Counted from the whole stretch's first letter, positions 37,690 through 47,232 are shown. The stretch is DNA of 63,418 nt, filler included, from Candidatus Desantisbacteria bacterium CG1_02_49_89 (GCA_001871075.1; 4 parts of 4 records of this genome joined end to end with filler, not necessarily neighbours in it), one strand, 5' to 3'. The notes: generated by a model from the letters alone, not told the origin. Numbers and translations: made by a program.

Positions 37690-38553
37690 TTAAATACCAA
37701 GCTGCATTTTAGTGACTTCAACGGTGTTCCTGAGCAGAATGGCGGTTGTGACCGGGCCCACACCGCCTTTCACAGGCGTGATCCAGGACGCTTTCGCGGA
37801 CGCAGGCTCAAAATCCACATCCCCGAGCGCGGTCCCGTCCGGCAGCCTCTTTATGCCCACCAGCACAATTATAGCGCCTTCTTTCACCCATTCGGGTTTG
37901 ATAAGACCAGGTTTTCCCACTGCTGAGATTATTATGTCAGCCCGCCTTATATGGCTTTCAAGGTCTTTTGTGGCAATGTGGCATACTGTTACGGTCGGAG
38001 AATCTGTGAGCCACTGCAGCAGCAATATTGCGACCGGCTTCCCCACTATTTCGCTGTGCCCGACCACGACCGCTTCTCTGCCTTTAAGGTTTTCGCCGGT
38101 TGATCTCAGGAGCTCCATGACAGAAAGTGCTGTGCAGGGTCCGATTTTAGGATTTCCATACAGGAGCATGCCGAGATTTGAAGGATTCATTCCCTCAACG
38201 TCTTTCGCAGGCGAAAGCGCTTTCTGGGCAGAGCGCGGGTTTATTCCCTGCGGTAAAGGCATCTGCAGGATGATCCCGTTGACGGATCTATCGCTGTTCA
38301 GCTTCTCTATGTATCGGACCAGCGCGGTTTCAGACGTATCAGCGGGAAGCGTGTGAAGGTTATAAACCAGGCCGATTGCTTCACAGTTCTTCTTCTGCAT
38401 CCCGACATACATCTTTGACTCCGGGTTGTCTCCGACCTGGACCGCTGCCAGGCTGGGTATAATCCCCTTTACCTTTAATGCCTCCATGTCCCTTGCAACC
38501 TCATCCTTGATTCTCTTCGCAACAACATTTCCATCCATTAATTGTGCAGCCAT
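37690..38553 (-). CDS. folD: Methylenetetrahydrofolate dehydrogenase (FolD), probably monofunctional
   Basis: GIILQMPLP, KDVEG, VGHSEIVGKP, TVTVCH, ITPVKGGVGPVT; the YxxxK motif reads YVGMQ. Confidence 0.93.
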   Translation of the reverse strand: MAAQLMDGNVVAKRIKDEVARDMEALKVKGIIPSLAAVQVGDNPESKMYVGMQKKNCEAIGLVYNLHTLPADTSETALVRYIEKLNSDRSVNGIILQMPLPQGINPRSAQKALSPAKDVEGMNPSNLGMLLYGNPKIGPCTALSVMELLRSTGENLKGREAVVVGHSEIVGKPVAILLLQWLTDSPTVTVCHIATKDLESHIRRADIIISAVGKPGLIKPEWVKEGAIIVLVGIKRLPDGTALGDVDFEPASAKASWITPVKGGVGPVTTAILLRNTVEVTKMQLGI

Positions 38554-38593
38554 TTTCTACCTCCCCCTTAATACAATTATGAATGATGCTTCT

Positions 38594-39226
38594 TCAATAT
38601 TTGCCCCGATTGATCTTCTTAACGACTTCATACTTTATCGCTCCGCCCTTCACCATCAGCGGCTTCAGTGCAATCCTGGTCTTTTCCGTAAATTCTTTAT
38701 CGGTTATGCTTGAAAGGTTAATTTCAACGTTAAGCAACGCGCTCTCCATTGCCGCGCAAGAAAGAACCGCGGCCATTCCCGTATCCGTTATGAGACCTGG
38801 ATTACCCGCTTCCAGAAGTTTTTCGGCAAGCTCAAGCAGCTGATAGGAAAGTTTTAAAATTTGCTCCGGAACCTGCATTGCTTCTTTTAACACCTCCTGG
38901 ATCACGATAGCTCTTTTTGCCTTTTGCTCCTCGGTATCTTTGGGAAGCTTATAAGCGATGCTCACCTTCCCGTATACCCTCACATCTTCGTCAATCAACC
39001 TGCAGAGTTCTTCCCTTACGCTGCCTGCAGAAGAAAGTATCCCCATACATTCATTTTGTTGCAAATCCGGAAATTTTGGGTTGCCGATCGTAAAATTGCA
39101 AACCATGGAAATGAGCCCGCCCGCGAGCGCGCCTGTGAGAGCGGCAACGCTTCCGCCGCCGGGAGCCGGCAGTTTCGCCGAAAGATCTTCCAGGTACTTT
39201 TTAATTGACTGTTCGATGTATAGCAT
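38594..39226 (-). CDS. fchA: Cyclodeaminase/cyclohydrolase family protein (methenyl-THF cyclohydrolase FchA-like)
   Basis: PAPGGGSVAAL, LIDED, NVEINL; lies between fhs and folD. Confidence 0.85.
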   Translation of the reverse strand: MLYIEQSIKKYLEDLSAKLPAPGGGSVAALTGALAGGLISMVCNFTIGNPKFPDLQQNECMGILSSAGSVREELCRLIDEDVRVYGKVSIAYKLPKDTEEQKAKRAIVIQEVLKEAMQVPEQILKLSYQLLELAEKLLEAGNPGLITDTGMAAVLSCAAMESALLNVEINLSSITDKEFTEKTRIALKPLMVKGGAIKYEVVKKINRGKY

Positions 39227-39330
39227 TTTACCTCGCTTTTTGCATATGGCAAATGGCATATAGCTTATGGCAACTGCTTAAGGAATTTATTTAAAGCCAT
39301 GTGCGATGTGCCACATGCTATGTGCGATAC

Positions 39331-41025
39331 TTAAAAAAGACCAACAACCCTACCCTCGCTGTCAATGTCCACTTTCACGCCGGCGGGAACCGAAGGAAGC
39401 CCCGGCATAGTGCGCATATCTCCGCATAGCGGATAGAGGAACCCCGCCCCCACGGACGCCCTTATATCCCTTATCGGAAGAGTGTAGCCGCCTGGCGCTC
39501 CCTTCCATGACGGCTCGTGTGAAATGGAAAGGTGCGTCTTTGCCATGCATACGGGCAGCCTGTCGTAGCCGAATTTCGTGTAGAGTTTTATTTTTTCCTC
39601 TGCGGCGGGCGAATACGAAACGTCCTTTGCGCCGTATATTTTTACCGCTATCGCCCCGATCTTTTCTTTTATCGGAACGTCCAGCGGGTAGAGGAATTTG
39701 AAATCCGTTTTTTTCTCGCAGGCCCTGACGACCGCCTGCGCAAGCTCCCTGCCGCCTTCCCCGCCCTTCGCCCAGACCTCGCTGAGGACAGCGTCTTCAG
39801 CGCCTGCCTCAACCGCGCGCTTGCGTATAAGGCTGATTTCGTTGTCCGTATCCGTTGTAAATCTGTTGACGGCCACCACCACCGGGACCCCGAACAGCTT
39901 TGCGTTCTCAATATGCTTTCTGAGATTGCACATGCCCTCTTCAAGCGCCTGCAGGTTTTCCCTTACCAGCCCTTCGTCCAGGGGTTTTCCGGCTACCATC
40001 GTAAATTTACCGCTATGCATCTTCAGCGCGCGAACTGTGCAAACTATGACAACACAGTTGGGGACCAGCCCGCTGCACCTGCACTTTATGTTCATGAATT
40101 TTTCCATTCCCATGTCCGCGCCGAACCCGCTTTCGGTTACCACGTAATCCGCAAGTTTCAACGCAATGTTATCCGCAATTATGGATGAATTGCCGTGCGC
40201 TATATTCGCGAAAGGTCCCGCGTGAACAAAGCAGGCGGTATTTTCCGTTGTCTGCAATAAATTGGGTTTTATTGCATCTTTCATAAGCACTGCCATTGCG
40301 CCCGCAACCTGCAGGTCCTCGGCTGTCACCGGTCTTCCATCATAAGTTGTGCCAACGCAGATCATTCCCAGGCGTTTGCGGAGGTCAGGCAAACCCGAGG
40401 TTAATGCAAGAATAGCCATTAGTTCGGAGGCTACCGAGATATCAAAACCAGTCTGTCTGGGAATTCCGTCATCCTTAGTTCCAAGTCCGATTACAATATT
40501 CCTCAAAGCCCTGTCACTCACATCCACAACCCTTCTCCAGGTGATGCTGGCCGGGTCTATGTTCAGTTTGTTGCCTCTCAGCAGGGCGTTATCCAGAAAG
40601 GCCGCGCACAGGTTATGCGCTATGCTGACGGCATGCACGTCCCCTGTCAGGTGCAGGTTAAAATCTTCCATCGGAAGAACCTGGGAATAACCGCCGCCCG
40701 CGGCGCCGCCCTTTATCCCGAATACAGGCCCCAGTGAAGGCTGCCTTATGACCGTAACTACCTTTTTTTCGATTTTATTCAACCCTAACGATAGGCCTAT
40801 AGTTGTGACGGTTTTTCCTTCTCCCAGCGGAGTCGGCGTAATCGCCGTAACATCAATGTACTTACCCTGCGGCTTACCATCAAGCCTTTTCAGAACATCA
40901 AGCGTTATCTTTGCCTTGTATTTACCGTACATCTCAAGCTCGTCTTCCAGGATACCGATACCTTTTGCTACGTCCAGCACGGGTTTCATTTTAGCCTGTT
41001 GCGCAATTTCCAAATCACTCAGCAT
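39331..41025 (-). CDS. fhs: Formate--tetrahydrofolate ligase
   Basis: TPTPLGEGKT, GIKGGAAGGGYSQV, HAGPFANIAHG, MAKTHLS, MRTMPGL. Confidence 0.97.
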   Translation of the reverse strand: MLSDLEIAQQAKMKPVLDVAKGIGILEDELEMYGKYKAKITLDVLKRLDGKPQGKYIDVTAITPTPLGEGKTVTTIGLSLGLNKIEKKVVTVIRQPSLGPVFGIKGGAAGGGYSQVLPMEDFNLHLTGDVHAVSIAHNLCAAFLDNALLRGNKLNIDPASITWRRVVDVSDRALRNIVIGLGTKDDGIPRQTGFDISVASELMAILALTSGLPDLRKRLGMICVGTTYDGRPVTAEDLQVAGAMAVLMKDAIKPNLLQTTENTACFVHAGPFANIAHGNSSIIADNIALKLADYVVTESGFGADMGMEKFMNIKCRCSGLVPNCVVIVCTVRALKMHSGKFTMVAGKPLDEGLVRENLQALEEGMCNLRKHIENAKLFGVPVVVAVNRFTTDTDNEISLIRKRAVEAGAEDAVLSEVWAKGGEGGRELAQAVVRACEKKTDFKFLYPLDVPIKEKIGAIAVKIYGAKDVSYSPAAEEKIKLYTKFGYDRLPVCMAKTHLSISHEPSWKGAPGGYTLPIRDIRASVGAGFLYPLCGDMRTMPGLPSVPAGVKVDIDSEGRVVGLF

Positions 41026-41039
41026 ATAAATCCTCCTTA

Positions 41040-41438
41040 TTATCGTATCTTGGAGCCCCAGGCCTTATCGGGCTTCTGCATCCTGTTTATCTCGATCTCC
41101 GCGTATTCAATAAGGCCGCCCACGGGAGGCCGGGGTTTTCTTACCTTCACGGTTATATCGTGTATTTCCTTAAATTTATCAAGCAGCGCGCCGGCAGTGT
41201 CTTCGGCAAGTGCTTCAAGCAGGCGGTATTTTTTACCCCCCTGAATTTTTTTAACAAGCACGCAGGCCTGCTTGTAATCAAGCGTCTTTGAAAGCTCATC
41301 GCTTCTGCCGGCCTTCTCCAAATCTACGATCATTTCGATGTCTATATAATACCTCTGGCCTTTTCGCCTTTCTATTTCCGAAGTGCCGTGGTATCCGTAG
41401 AAACTCATGCCCTTAAGGATTATTTTATCCTTAGTCAT
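41040..41438 (-). CDS. folB: Dihydroneopterin aldolase
   Basis: FYGYHG...ER..GQ, TLDY, LLEALAE, VRKP. Confidence 0.93.
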   Translation of the reverse strand: MTKDKIILKGMSFYGYHGTSEIERRKGQRYYIDIEMIVDLEKAGRSDELSKTLDYKQACVLVKKIQGGKKYRLLEALAEDTAGALLDKFKEIHDITVKVRKPRPPVGGLIEYAEIEINRMQKPDKAWGSKIR

Positions 41439-41472
41439 TATCAAGCTCCGTATTCATTGATTACCCGGAAAT

Positions 41473-41931
41473 TTAGTTTTCCGGCGAAAATACCTGCTTG
41501 TATCTCTCTTCAAGCCTGGCCTTGTGTTTAAGCTCTTCTTCGCCAAGTTTTTTCAGCAGGCCCGCAACATCCTCATTTTCAATAATAAATTCAGCCCATG
41601 AAACATAGAAAACGCGCGTGTCCTCCTCGTCTTTTATGGCGGCAAGCATTACGTCTTTTGCGTCCGCGTATTTGTTGATAACGGGTTTCTCGAGGAAATC
41701 GGATATGCGCTTGTCCTCAAGGCTTTTTATGCCAAGCCCTATATCCGCCTTTCTCCTCTGAAAATCCTGCAGCCTCTCTTTATGTTTCAGCTCCTCGCCT
41801 GACAGCTCTTTGAGCAGGTTGCGCGTGGCAGGATCCGTGATCCTTCTGGACAGGTCCTGGTAAAGCGACGAAACCTCTTCTTCCTTCCCTATCGCCCTCT
41901 GTATGATCTCGTCCATCGCGTAGCTTTTCAT
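41473..41931 (-). CDS. Ferritin/rubrerythrin-like diiron protein
   Basis: Two EELKHK motifs with AI..EE helices. Confidence 0.85.
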   Translation of the reverse strand: MKSYAMDEIIQRAIGKEEEVSSLYQDLSRRITDPATRNLLKELSGEELKHKERLQDFQRRKADIGLGIKSLEDKRISDFLEKPVINKYADAKDVMLAAIKDEEDTRVFYVSWAEFIIENEDVAGLLKKLGEEELKHKARLEERYKQVFSPEN

Positions 41932-42109
41932 GCAGGCCCCTTTAAATTAATTTCCTGTTTGATCAACGGTTTAACGGATTAATCAGCAGATTAACGGTTT
42001 CTCGGCTTTAATACAGTTTATAGAGTTTACAAGTTTACATAGTTTACAAGGTAAAAAATTCGTGGAAATTAGTGTAAATTCGTGGTTAAAAAATTTCGTG
42101 GTAATCTTT

Positions 42110-44008
42110 TCACTGTTTCAATTTGGCTTCAAGGTTTTTAAACAGCGCGGAAAGCAGGACTGCCAGCTGCTCGTTATTGACCTTGCAGTTCACGAATGTA
42201 AACTCACATTCAAAGTTCTTGTATGTCCCCATCATATTGAGTGTGTATGTCCTCTGATTCTGGGTAGGCGCGATTATTACTTCTTTGATAACGGTTTTTC
42301 CCGCGGGAGGGGCATCCAGCTTTATATCCTGCAGGACCTCCATCGCGACTCCGGGCGTGCCCTTGATTCTCTCCCATTTGCTTTTTATGGATTTTTCCTC
42401 AGCGGCAAGGAAAGAGGCGGCATCTTTATTCTCGCGGAACATAAGCAGGGCCGCGGAAATAAAAGCGGTATTGCCTTTTGCGAATGTAAGAGAATACCCC
42501 TCGTTAAAACCCTTCAGCGTTTCTTCTATTTCTTTCGGGGTAAGGCCGGTTGAAAGCCCCGCCCTGAGAAGCATTTCGTTGATCTCTCCTCCCTGCTTCT
42601 GCCATTTTTCCTTTTCGGGCGCTATGACCCTCTCAAGAACGGACAGCAGGGAAAAATAGTCTTCTTTTGCAAGCAATTCCTTTTCGTAATAAAGCTGGGG
42701 CTGCATAACGGCGGACAGTTTTTTCGGAGGCGAATTAAACAACCGGGTGATACCCGGATTTCCTTCTTTTTCATGGACGAATTTAATGAATTCCTCTCCC
42801 CTCACATATATCTGCTTGAACCTGGTGCTTACGACCTGGCGGGCGCCCTCGTCAAAAACGGAAGCCTCACCAAGGTCACCGGAGGTGAACATCATTCCGA
42901 ACCTGACGTCTTCCTCCTTCAATCCCATTTTTTCAGCCACCTTGCGCGCCACAAAAACCGCGTGCCCCTCAACTATGCTTTCAAGTATTCCCAGTTCGTC
43001 CTGGCTTTTCGGTTTTATTATCCTTGCCGAGATGCCGTAATTCTGGTCATCAAGAGCATGGACCATATCGTGCGCGACCAGAAGGACCATGATGTTCCTG
43101 ATCTTATCTTTTGAAGGTTTTACAAGCACTACATTCCTCTGAAAAGTATCGGGGACCATATACAGGTTGCCGTCCGCGAACTCATAAAGCTCGGGTATTA
43201 TCTCGGAATAAAACTCTGAGAACAGGCGCGAATTGAGCTCGATCTGTTTCCTGTCCGCGCCCGGGCTGACGCTGACCGACTGCGCAACGAGCCTTTTTCT
43301 TTCTATCTCACCCAGCTCATCGGGAGTGATGATCCTGAGATCAACTTCTTTCATGAACTTTAAACCCGTTATTTCTTCTATCAGGGGCCTGGCAAGGCGC
43401 ATCGCCTCTTCCATTACCGCCGGCGTAACGTCAAATTTCAGGTCTTTTGCCGCAAGTTCAATGTATTTACGGAAAGCTTCTCCCGACTCTTCATACTTCT
43501 GCATCTTGCGCAGTACCGAGGCTTTATTCGCCCAGGCGCCCGGATATTTCGGGTCCAGCCTTATCGCCTCGTCATAACTCCGCAGGGCGTCCTCAAGCAT
43601 GCCCTTCCCGTATTGCGCGTTGCCCTTATAAACCCACGCTTTGACTTTTTTCGGTTTCAGTATCAGCGCTCTGTCTAATGCCTCGATCGCCCTGTCCGGA
43701 TCACCCATTGAATCCAGGGCTAAACCCAGGTTCATCCATGCTTCCGCGATCCTTGGATCCTTCTGGATGGCCGTCTGGTACAGGTTCACGGCTTCCCTGT
43801 ATCTTTTGTCTTTCAGCAGCTTGTTGCCTTTTCTTACAAAGGACCCCGCGCCCGTTAACATAAAATATACTGACAGGGACACCAGCAGTCCGGCAAAACA
43901 TACTGCCGCAGCGATCATGAAGATTTTTTTCTTGCCTGCGCTCATGCCCTGTTCAGGATCCTGCTGCTGCCCGCCTTCACCGCTTCCGGTTTCTTCTTCT
44001 CCGTTCAT
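42110..44008 (-). CDS. Membrane-anchored TPR protein with a zincin-like C-terminal region
   Basis: One TM, about 4 TPRs, then AHDMVHALDDQ...EGHA; ATGA overlap with the upstream gene. Confidence 0.75.
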   Translation of the reverse strand: MNGEEETGSGEGGQQQDPEQGMSAGKKKIFMIAAAVCFAGLLVSLSVYFMLTGAGSFVRKGNKLLKDKRYREAVNLYQTAIQKDPRIAEAWMNLGLALDSMGDPDRAIEALDRALILKPKKVKAWVYKGNAQYGKGMLEDALRSYDEAIRLDPKYPGAWANKASVLRKMQKYEESGEAFRKYIELAAKDLKFDVTPAVMEEAMRLARPLIEEITGLKFMKEVDLRIITPDELGEIERKRLVAQSVSVSPGADRKQIELNSRLFSEFYSEIIPELYEFADGNLYMVPDTFQRNVVLVKPSKDKIRNIMVLLVAHDMVHALDDQNYGISARIIKPKSQDELGILESIVEGHAVFVARKVAEKMGLKEEDVRFGMMFTSGDLGEASVFDEGARQVVSTRFKQIYVRGEEFIKFVHEKEGNPGITRLFNSPPKKLSAVMQPQLYYEKELLAKEDYFSLLSVLERVIAPEKEKWQKQGGEINEMLLRAGLSTGLTPKEIEETLKGFNEGYSLTFAKGNTAFISAALLMFRENKDAASFLAAEEKSIKSKWERIKGTPGVAMEVLQDIKLDAPPAGKTVIKEVIIAPTQNQRTYTLNMMGTYKNFECEFTFVNCKVNNEQLAVLLSALFKNLEAKLKQ

Positions 44009-45075
44009 TTCCATTCTACTATCACCTTCCCGCATTCTTTCGCTGCCGCTGTCTCAAAAGCCTCTTTGGCTTTTTCGATCGGAAACCTGTGCGTAACCAT
44101 TTTTTCCAGGTTTGTTTTATGCTTCAGCATAAAACCCGCAAGCTTGTCATACATGCCCCTGGGCATTATAAAAGAACCCCTTATGCTGGTGTCGCGCCCT
44201 ATAAACCAGTTCGGTATCGGCGCGCCGCCCGCCACGGTAACCGCCCTTCCGTCAAAAGTCAGGAGCTGCAGCATCCATTTCATAGCGTCCTCGGAACCGC
44301 TGGTTTCGTATCCGGCGCTGAAAGATCCGGGGAACTTTTCCCTGATATCGCCCCATATCTTTTTCGGGTTCTTGTCGGCTTTTACCGCGTCTATGTCCAC
44401 AACCATATCAGCTCCGAACTTCCGCGCCAGGCCCAGCCTTATCTCGCGCCTTCCGAACGCCGCGACCTTCGCGCCCATAGCCTTTGCCATCACAACCCCG
44501 CACAAACCCACGGGCCCCAGCCCGAATATAGCTATGTCATCAAGGCCGCTCAGTCCCAGTTTATTCAGCGCCGCGAAACTTGTCTGCGCGCCGCAGGCTA
44601 TGAAAGCCCCGTCCACAAAGCTCAGGCCTTCGGAAAGGACCATGCAGTTCCTTTCCGGAGTAACCTTGAGATCCGCGAATGAACCCTGGCAGCCTATCTG
44701 TCCCATGCCTTTTGTTTTAGAGCATCGCATAAAATAACCTTTAACGCACTGCTCGCACTTGCCGCAGCTTTCATAATGGTATATGCTGACGCGGTCGCCC
44801 GGCTTCACGGACGTCACGCCTTCCCCGGTCTCTTCCACTACGCCTGAACCTTCGTGGCCGGGTATGGGCGGGTATGGTTTTGCGTCTTTGAATTTTGCGT
44901 CCATCTCCTTCTGCTTTTCCGGCGGAACTTTATAAACGTACTGCTTAAGGTCGCTGCCGCACACGCCGGAAACCTTGATCCTTACCAGGACCTCTCCGGG
45001 ACCCGGTTTCGGGTCAGGGAATTCCCTTACTTCTGATCTTGAATCGCCCAGCAATACCAGAGCCTTCATTTTCAC
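44005..45075 (-). CDS. Zn-dependent alcohol/sugar dehydrogenase (MDR family)
   Basis: GVCGSD, GHEGSG, CGKCEQC..G...C, GLGPVG. Confidence 0.92.
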   Translation of the reverse strand: MKMKALVLLGDSRSEVREFPDPKPGPGEVLVRIKVSGVCGSDLKQYVYKVPPEKQKEMDAKFKDAKPYPPIPGHEGSGVVEETGEGVTSVKPGDRVSIYHYESCGKCEQCVKGYFMRCSKTKGMGQIGCQGSFADLKVTPERNCMVLSEGLSFVDGAFIACGAQTSFAALNKLGLSGLDDIAIFGLGPVGLCGVVMAKAMGAKVAAFGRREIRLGLARKFGADMVVDIDAVKADKNPKKIWGDIREKFPGSFSAGYETSGSEDAMKWMLQLLTFDGRAVTVAGGAPIPNWFIGRDTSIRGSFIMPRGMYDKLAGFMLKHKTNLEKMVTHRFPIEKAKEAFETAAAKECGKVIVEWK

Positions 45076-45086
45076 TCCTCTAATGT

Positions 45087-45163
45087 GATTACAGTGATTA
45101 GTAATGAGATTACAGTGATTATTTTAATATCACCGTAATCATAAGTTAAAAATCACCGTAATC
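45087..45163. repeat. Minimal empty GATTACAGTGATT x2 / (A)ATCACCGTAATC x2 element
   Basis: Arms at 45087-45099, 45108-45120, 45129-45140 and 45151-45163. Confidence 0.9.
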
Positions 45164-45167
45164 ATTC

Positions 45168-45737
45168 CTATTGAGAAAGCATTTCGCATTCCACGCTCGT
45201 CCCCCAGGGCGGGGAACCGAACTCGCCCATTTCAAGCGCCTTAACCCAGCTTTTATCCTCTACGCCGTCCTGCCAGCCCTTTGTGGCCTTGCTGGATGCT
45301 TTCCATGTGGAATTGGAAACAAGCGAAACCTTCTTGCCGTCAGCCGTCACAAGGCCTCCCGCCACAATGAAACCGGCTGGTCCGTCCTGATTCGTAGCCA
45401 GGATCGCTATTACGTTCTTCCCTGTTTTAAGGTTCTTTGTTATGTCATAGACCGTTGCTGCCTGCCAGTTATCCCCTTCCCCTATCGATTTCCCGTTCAC
45501 AAAGAGCTGGTAAACATTGTCAACCGCAACTTCTATCTTCGCTGATTTGGGAGCTGCTTCAAGGCTGAAAATCTTTACAAAATACCTTGGCTCTGCCGGC
45601 GCTTCCGCTATCGGGTCCATATCCTTTTCAGGATACCATATCCACTGCGCAGTCCCTGCGCCTTCCGCGCATATGCCCGTCTGAACCGCTGATACCAGCG
45701 CCATTGCCGCAACCAAAATTACCGCCATTCTTTTCAT
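45168..45737 (-). CDS. Secreted galactose-binding-like jelly-roll protein (rhamnosidase N-terminal-like)
   Basis: Signal peptide; AQWIW, VDNVYQLFVNG, L..GKNVIAI.A.N, SNSTWK, G..PWG. Confidence 0.72.
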   Translation of the reverse strand: MKRMAVILVAAMALVSAVQTGICAEGAGTAQWIWYPEKDMDPIAEAPAEPRYFVKIFSLEAAPKSAKIEVAVDNVYQLFVNGKSIGEGDNWQAATVYDITKNLKTGKNVIAILATNQDGPAGFIVAGGLVTADGKKVSLVSNSTWKASSKATKGWQDGVEDKSWVKALEMGEFGSPPWGTSVECEMLSQ

Positions 45738-45863
45738 AACCCACCCCCATTTCAATTTGTTGCATTGTAAAATTCAAAATGTAAAATGTAAAAGTCAAAA
45801 TTATGGAATAGTCTGTAAAACTTTTACAATTTGCAATTTGAATTTTGACTTTCAGTTTAACAA

Positions 45864-46295
45864 CTATGCTTTGACCAGCTTTTCCTTCATTGTTTTAAGG
45901 TAGCCGACCGAATCTTTTATCGCCTCAACAGGCAGCCTTACGCCCTTCTTTGTAGGTCCTGAATAATCTTCGGTATCAACATACTCCCTGATGTCAAGCC
46001 CCTGTTCTTCCTTGTAAGTGGTAATATTCACGGCTATGAATTTCCCGTCCTGCACCTGAACCCTGCCGACTTCCTTGTCCTCCATCTTACCGGTTTGCTT
46101 CAGCAACCCGCTCAGGAGAACCACGAGCTCGTCAATGCCGTCCGTGCTGAGGACCACGCCGCTTTTTGTCGGCCCGGAATACGCCTCCGACTCCACGAAT
46201 TTCCTTATGCTGCCGAACCTCTTTCCCTTAAATTCCTCCACGTAAAAAACGCACTGCGATGAATCGTTGAGCTCTACCTTGCCGACGATGTCCAT
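45864..46295 (-). CDS. Tandem PC4/YdbC-like ssDNA-binding domain protein
   Basis: Two internal repeats: FKGKRFGSIRKF...GPTKSGV and YKEEQGLDIREY...GPTKKGV. Confidence 0.75.
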   Translation of the reverse strand: MDIVGKVELNDSSQCVFYVEEFKGKRFGSIRKFVESEAYSGPTKSGVVLSTDGIDELVVLLSGLLKQTGKMEDKEVGRVQVQDGKFIAVNITTYKEEQGLDIREYVDTEDYSGPTKKGVRLPVEAIKDSVGYLKTMKEKLVKA

Positions 46296-46310
46296 TTTTC
46301 CCCCTAAATC

Positions 46311-46398
46311 AATTAGTTATGAGTTATGAATGAAGGAATTTAATTTGAATAAAATTCCTTGCTTTTGATTCATAATTCATAAATCATAATTCATAATT
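46311..46398. repeat. Heptamer TTATGAR/TCATAAT inverted-array element
   Basis: Inverted copy of 34650-34749 including the spacer. Confidence 0.85.
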
Positions 46399-46994
46399 TA
46401 TTTTACTTTAACTACTGCGGCGCTTGAGATCGCGAAGTCCATCCCGCCAGGGATCTCAAGGCGGATATCCGCGCCGTTGCAGTTGTTCTCAAAACGGGCG
46501 TCCTCGATATGGAAGGTCATCGTTTTCCATTTGCCCGTGTCTTCAAGCACTATTTTGTCCTCCGCGGGCTTCCATGTCCCCATCGGATAACCTTCAACCA
46601 AGCTGAATTCCTGGTCGGAAGAATCGTAAACGAGCCCTATCTCAGCCTCACCTTCATCCAGGTATTCGATTATAATGTCCACCTTGGGGGTCTTGCTGTT
46701 TTTGAACGCCTTGTTTACAAGATTAAAATACATGTATCTTGCTGCATCCTGGGAAGCCGGGTTCTCTCCTGCCACCCAGCATTCCTTGCCGGCTTTGGTC
46801 CCGGGACTATGCTTTCCTTCGCCTGTCTCATACACAAACGCCAATCCTTTTTCCACTGGTTTCTTGCCTAAAACCGTCCATGCAGCGTTCGCTGCATCCT
46901 TCACGTATGAAGGCGCTCCGCTCTTATCCTGCGCACGCGCGCCTGCCGCTGCGGCAAGAACCGCGGCCAGCACTAAACACACAATCCTTTTTAT
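46398..46994 (-). CDS. Secreted carbohydrate-binding-like hypothetical protein; apparent ATA start
   Basis: AAGGAGG then ATA-AAA-AGG-ATT-GTG gives a clean signal peptide; YMYF, IEYLD.G, YDS, TGKWKT..F.I.DARF. Confidence 0.7.
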   Translation of the reverse strand: MKRIVCLVLAAVLAAAAGARAQDKSGAPSYVKDAANAAWTVLGKKPVEKGLAFVYETGEGKHSPGTKAGKECWVAGENPASQDAARYMYFNLVNKAFKNSKTPKVDIIIEYLDEGEAEIGLVYDSSDQEFSLVEGYPMGTWKPAEDKIVLEDTGKWKTMTFHIEDARFENNCNGADIRLEIPGGMDFAISSAAVVKVK

Positions 46995-47232
46995 GCTACC
47001 TCCTTTTTTTGAACTTGATTACAGTGATTTCTAACTGCGATTACGGTGATTAAACCAAGTGTCAAGGGTCAAGTATCAAAAGTCAAGTTAAAACTATGAT
47101 CTCTGTGCCGTAGCCCGCCACGATTATTGGCGGGCGAAGGTCCCTGCGTTATAGCTCCGGAATCATCGGAGCTGCAGGGAACTCCGTGTCTCCGTGGTTA
47201 TTCTTTTAAACTTTTGACTTTTGACTTGCCTT

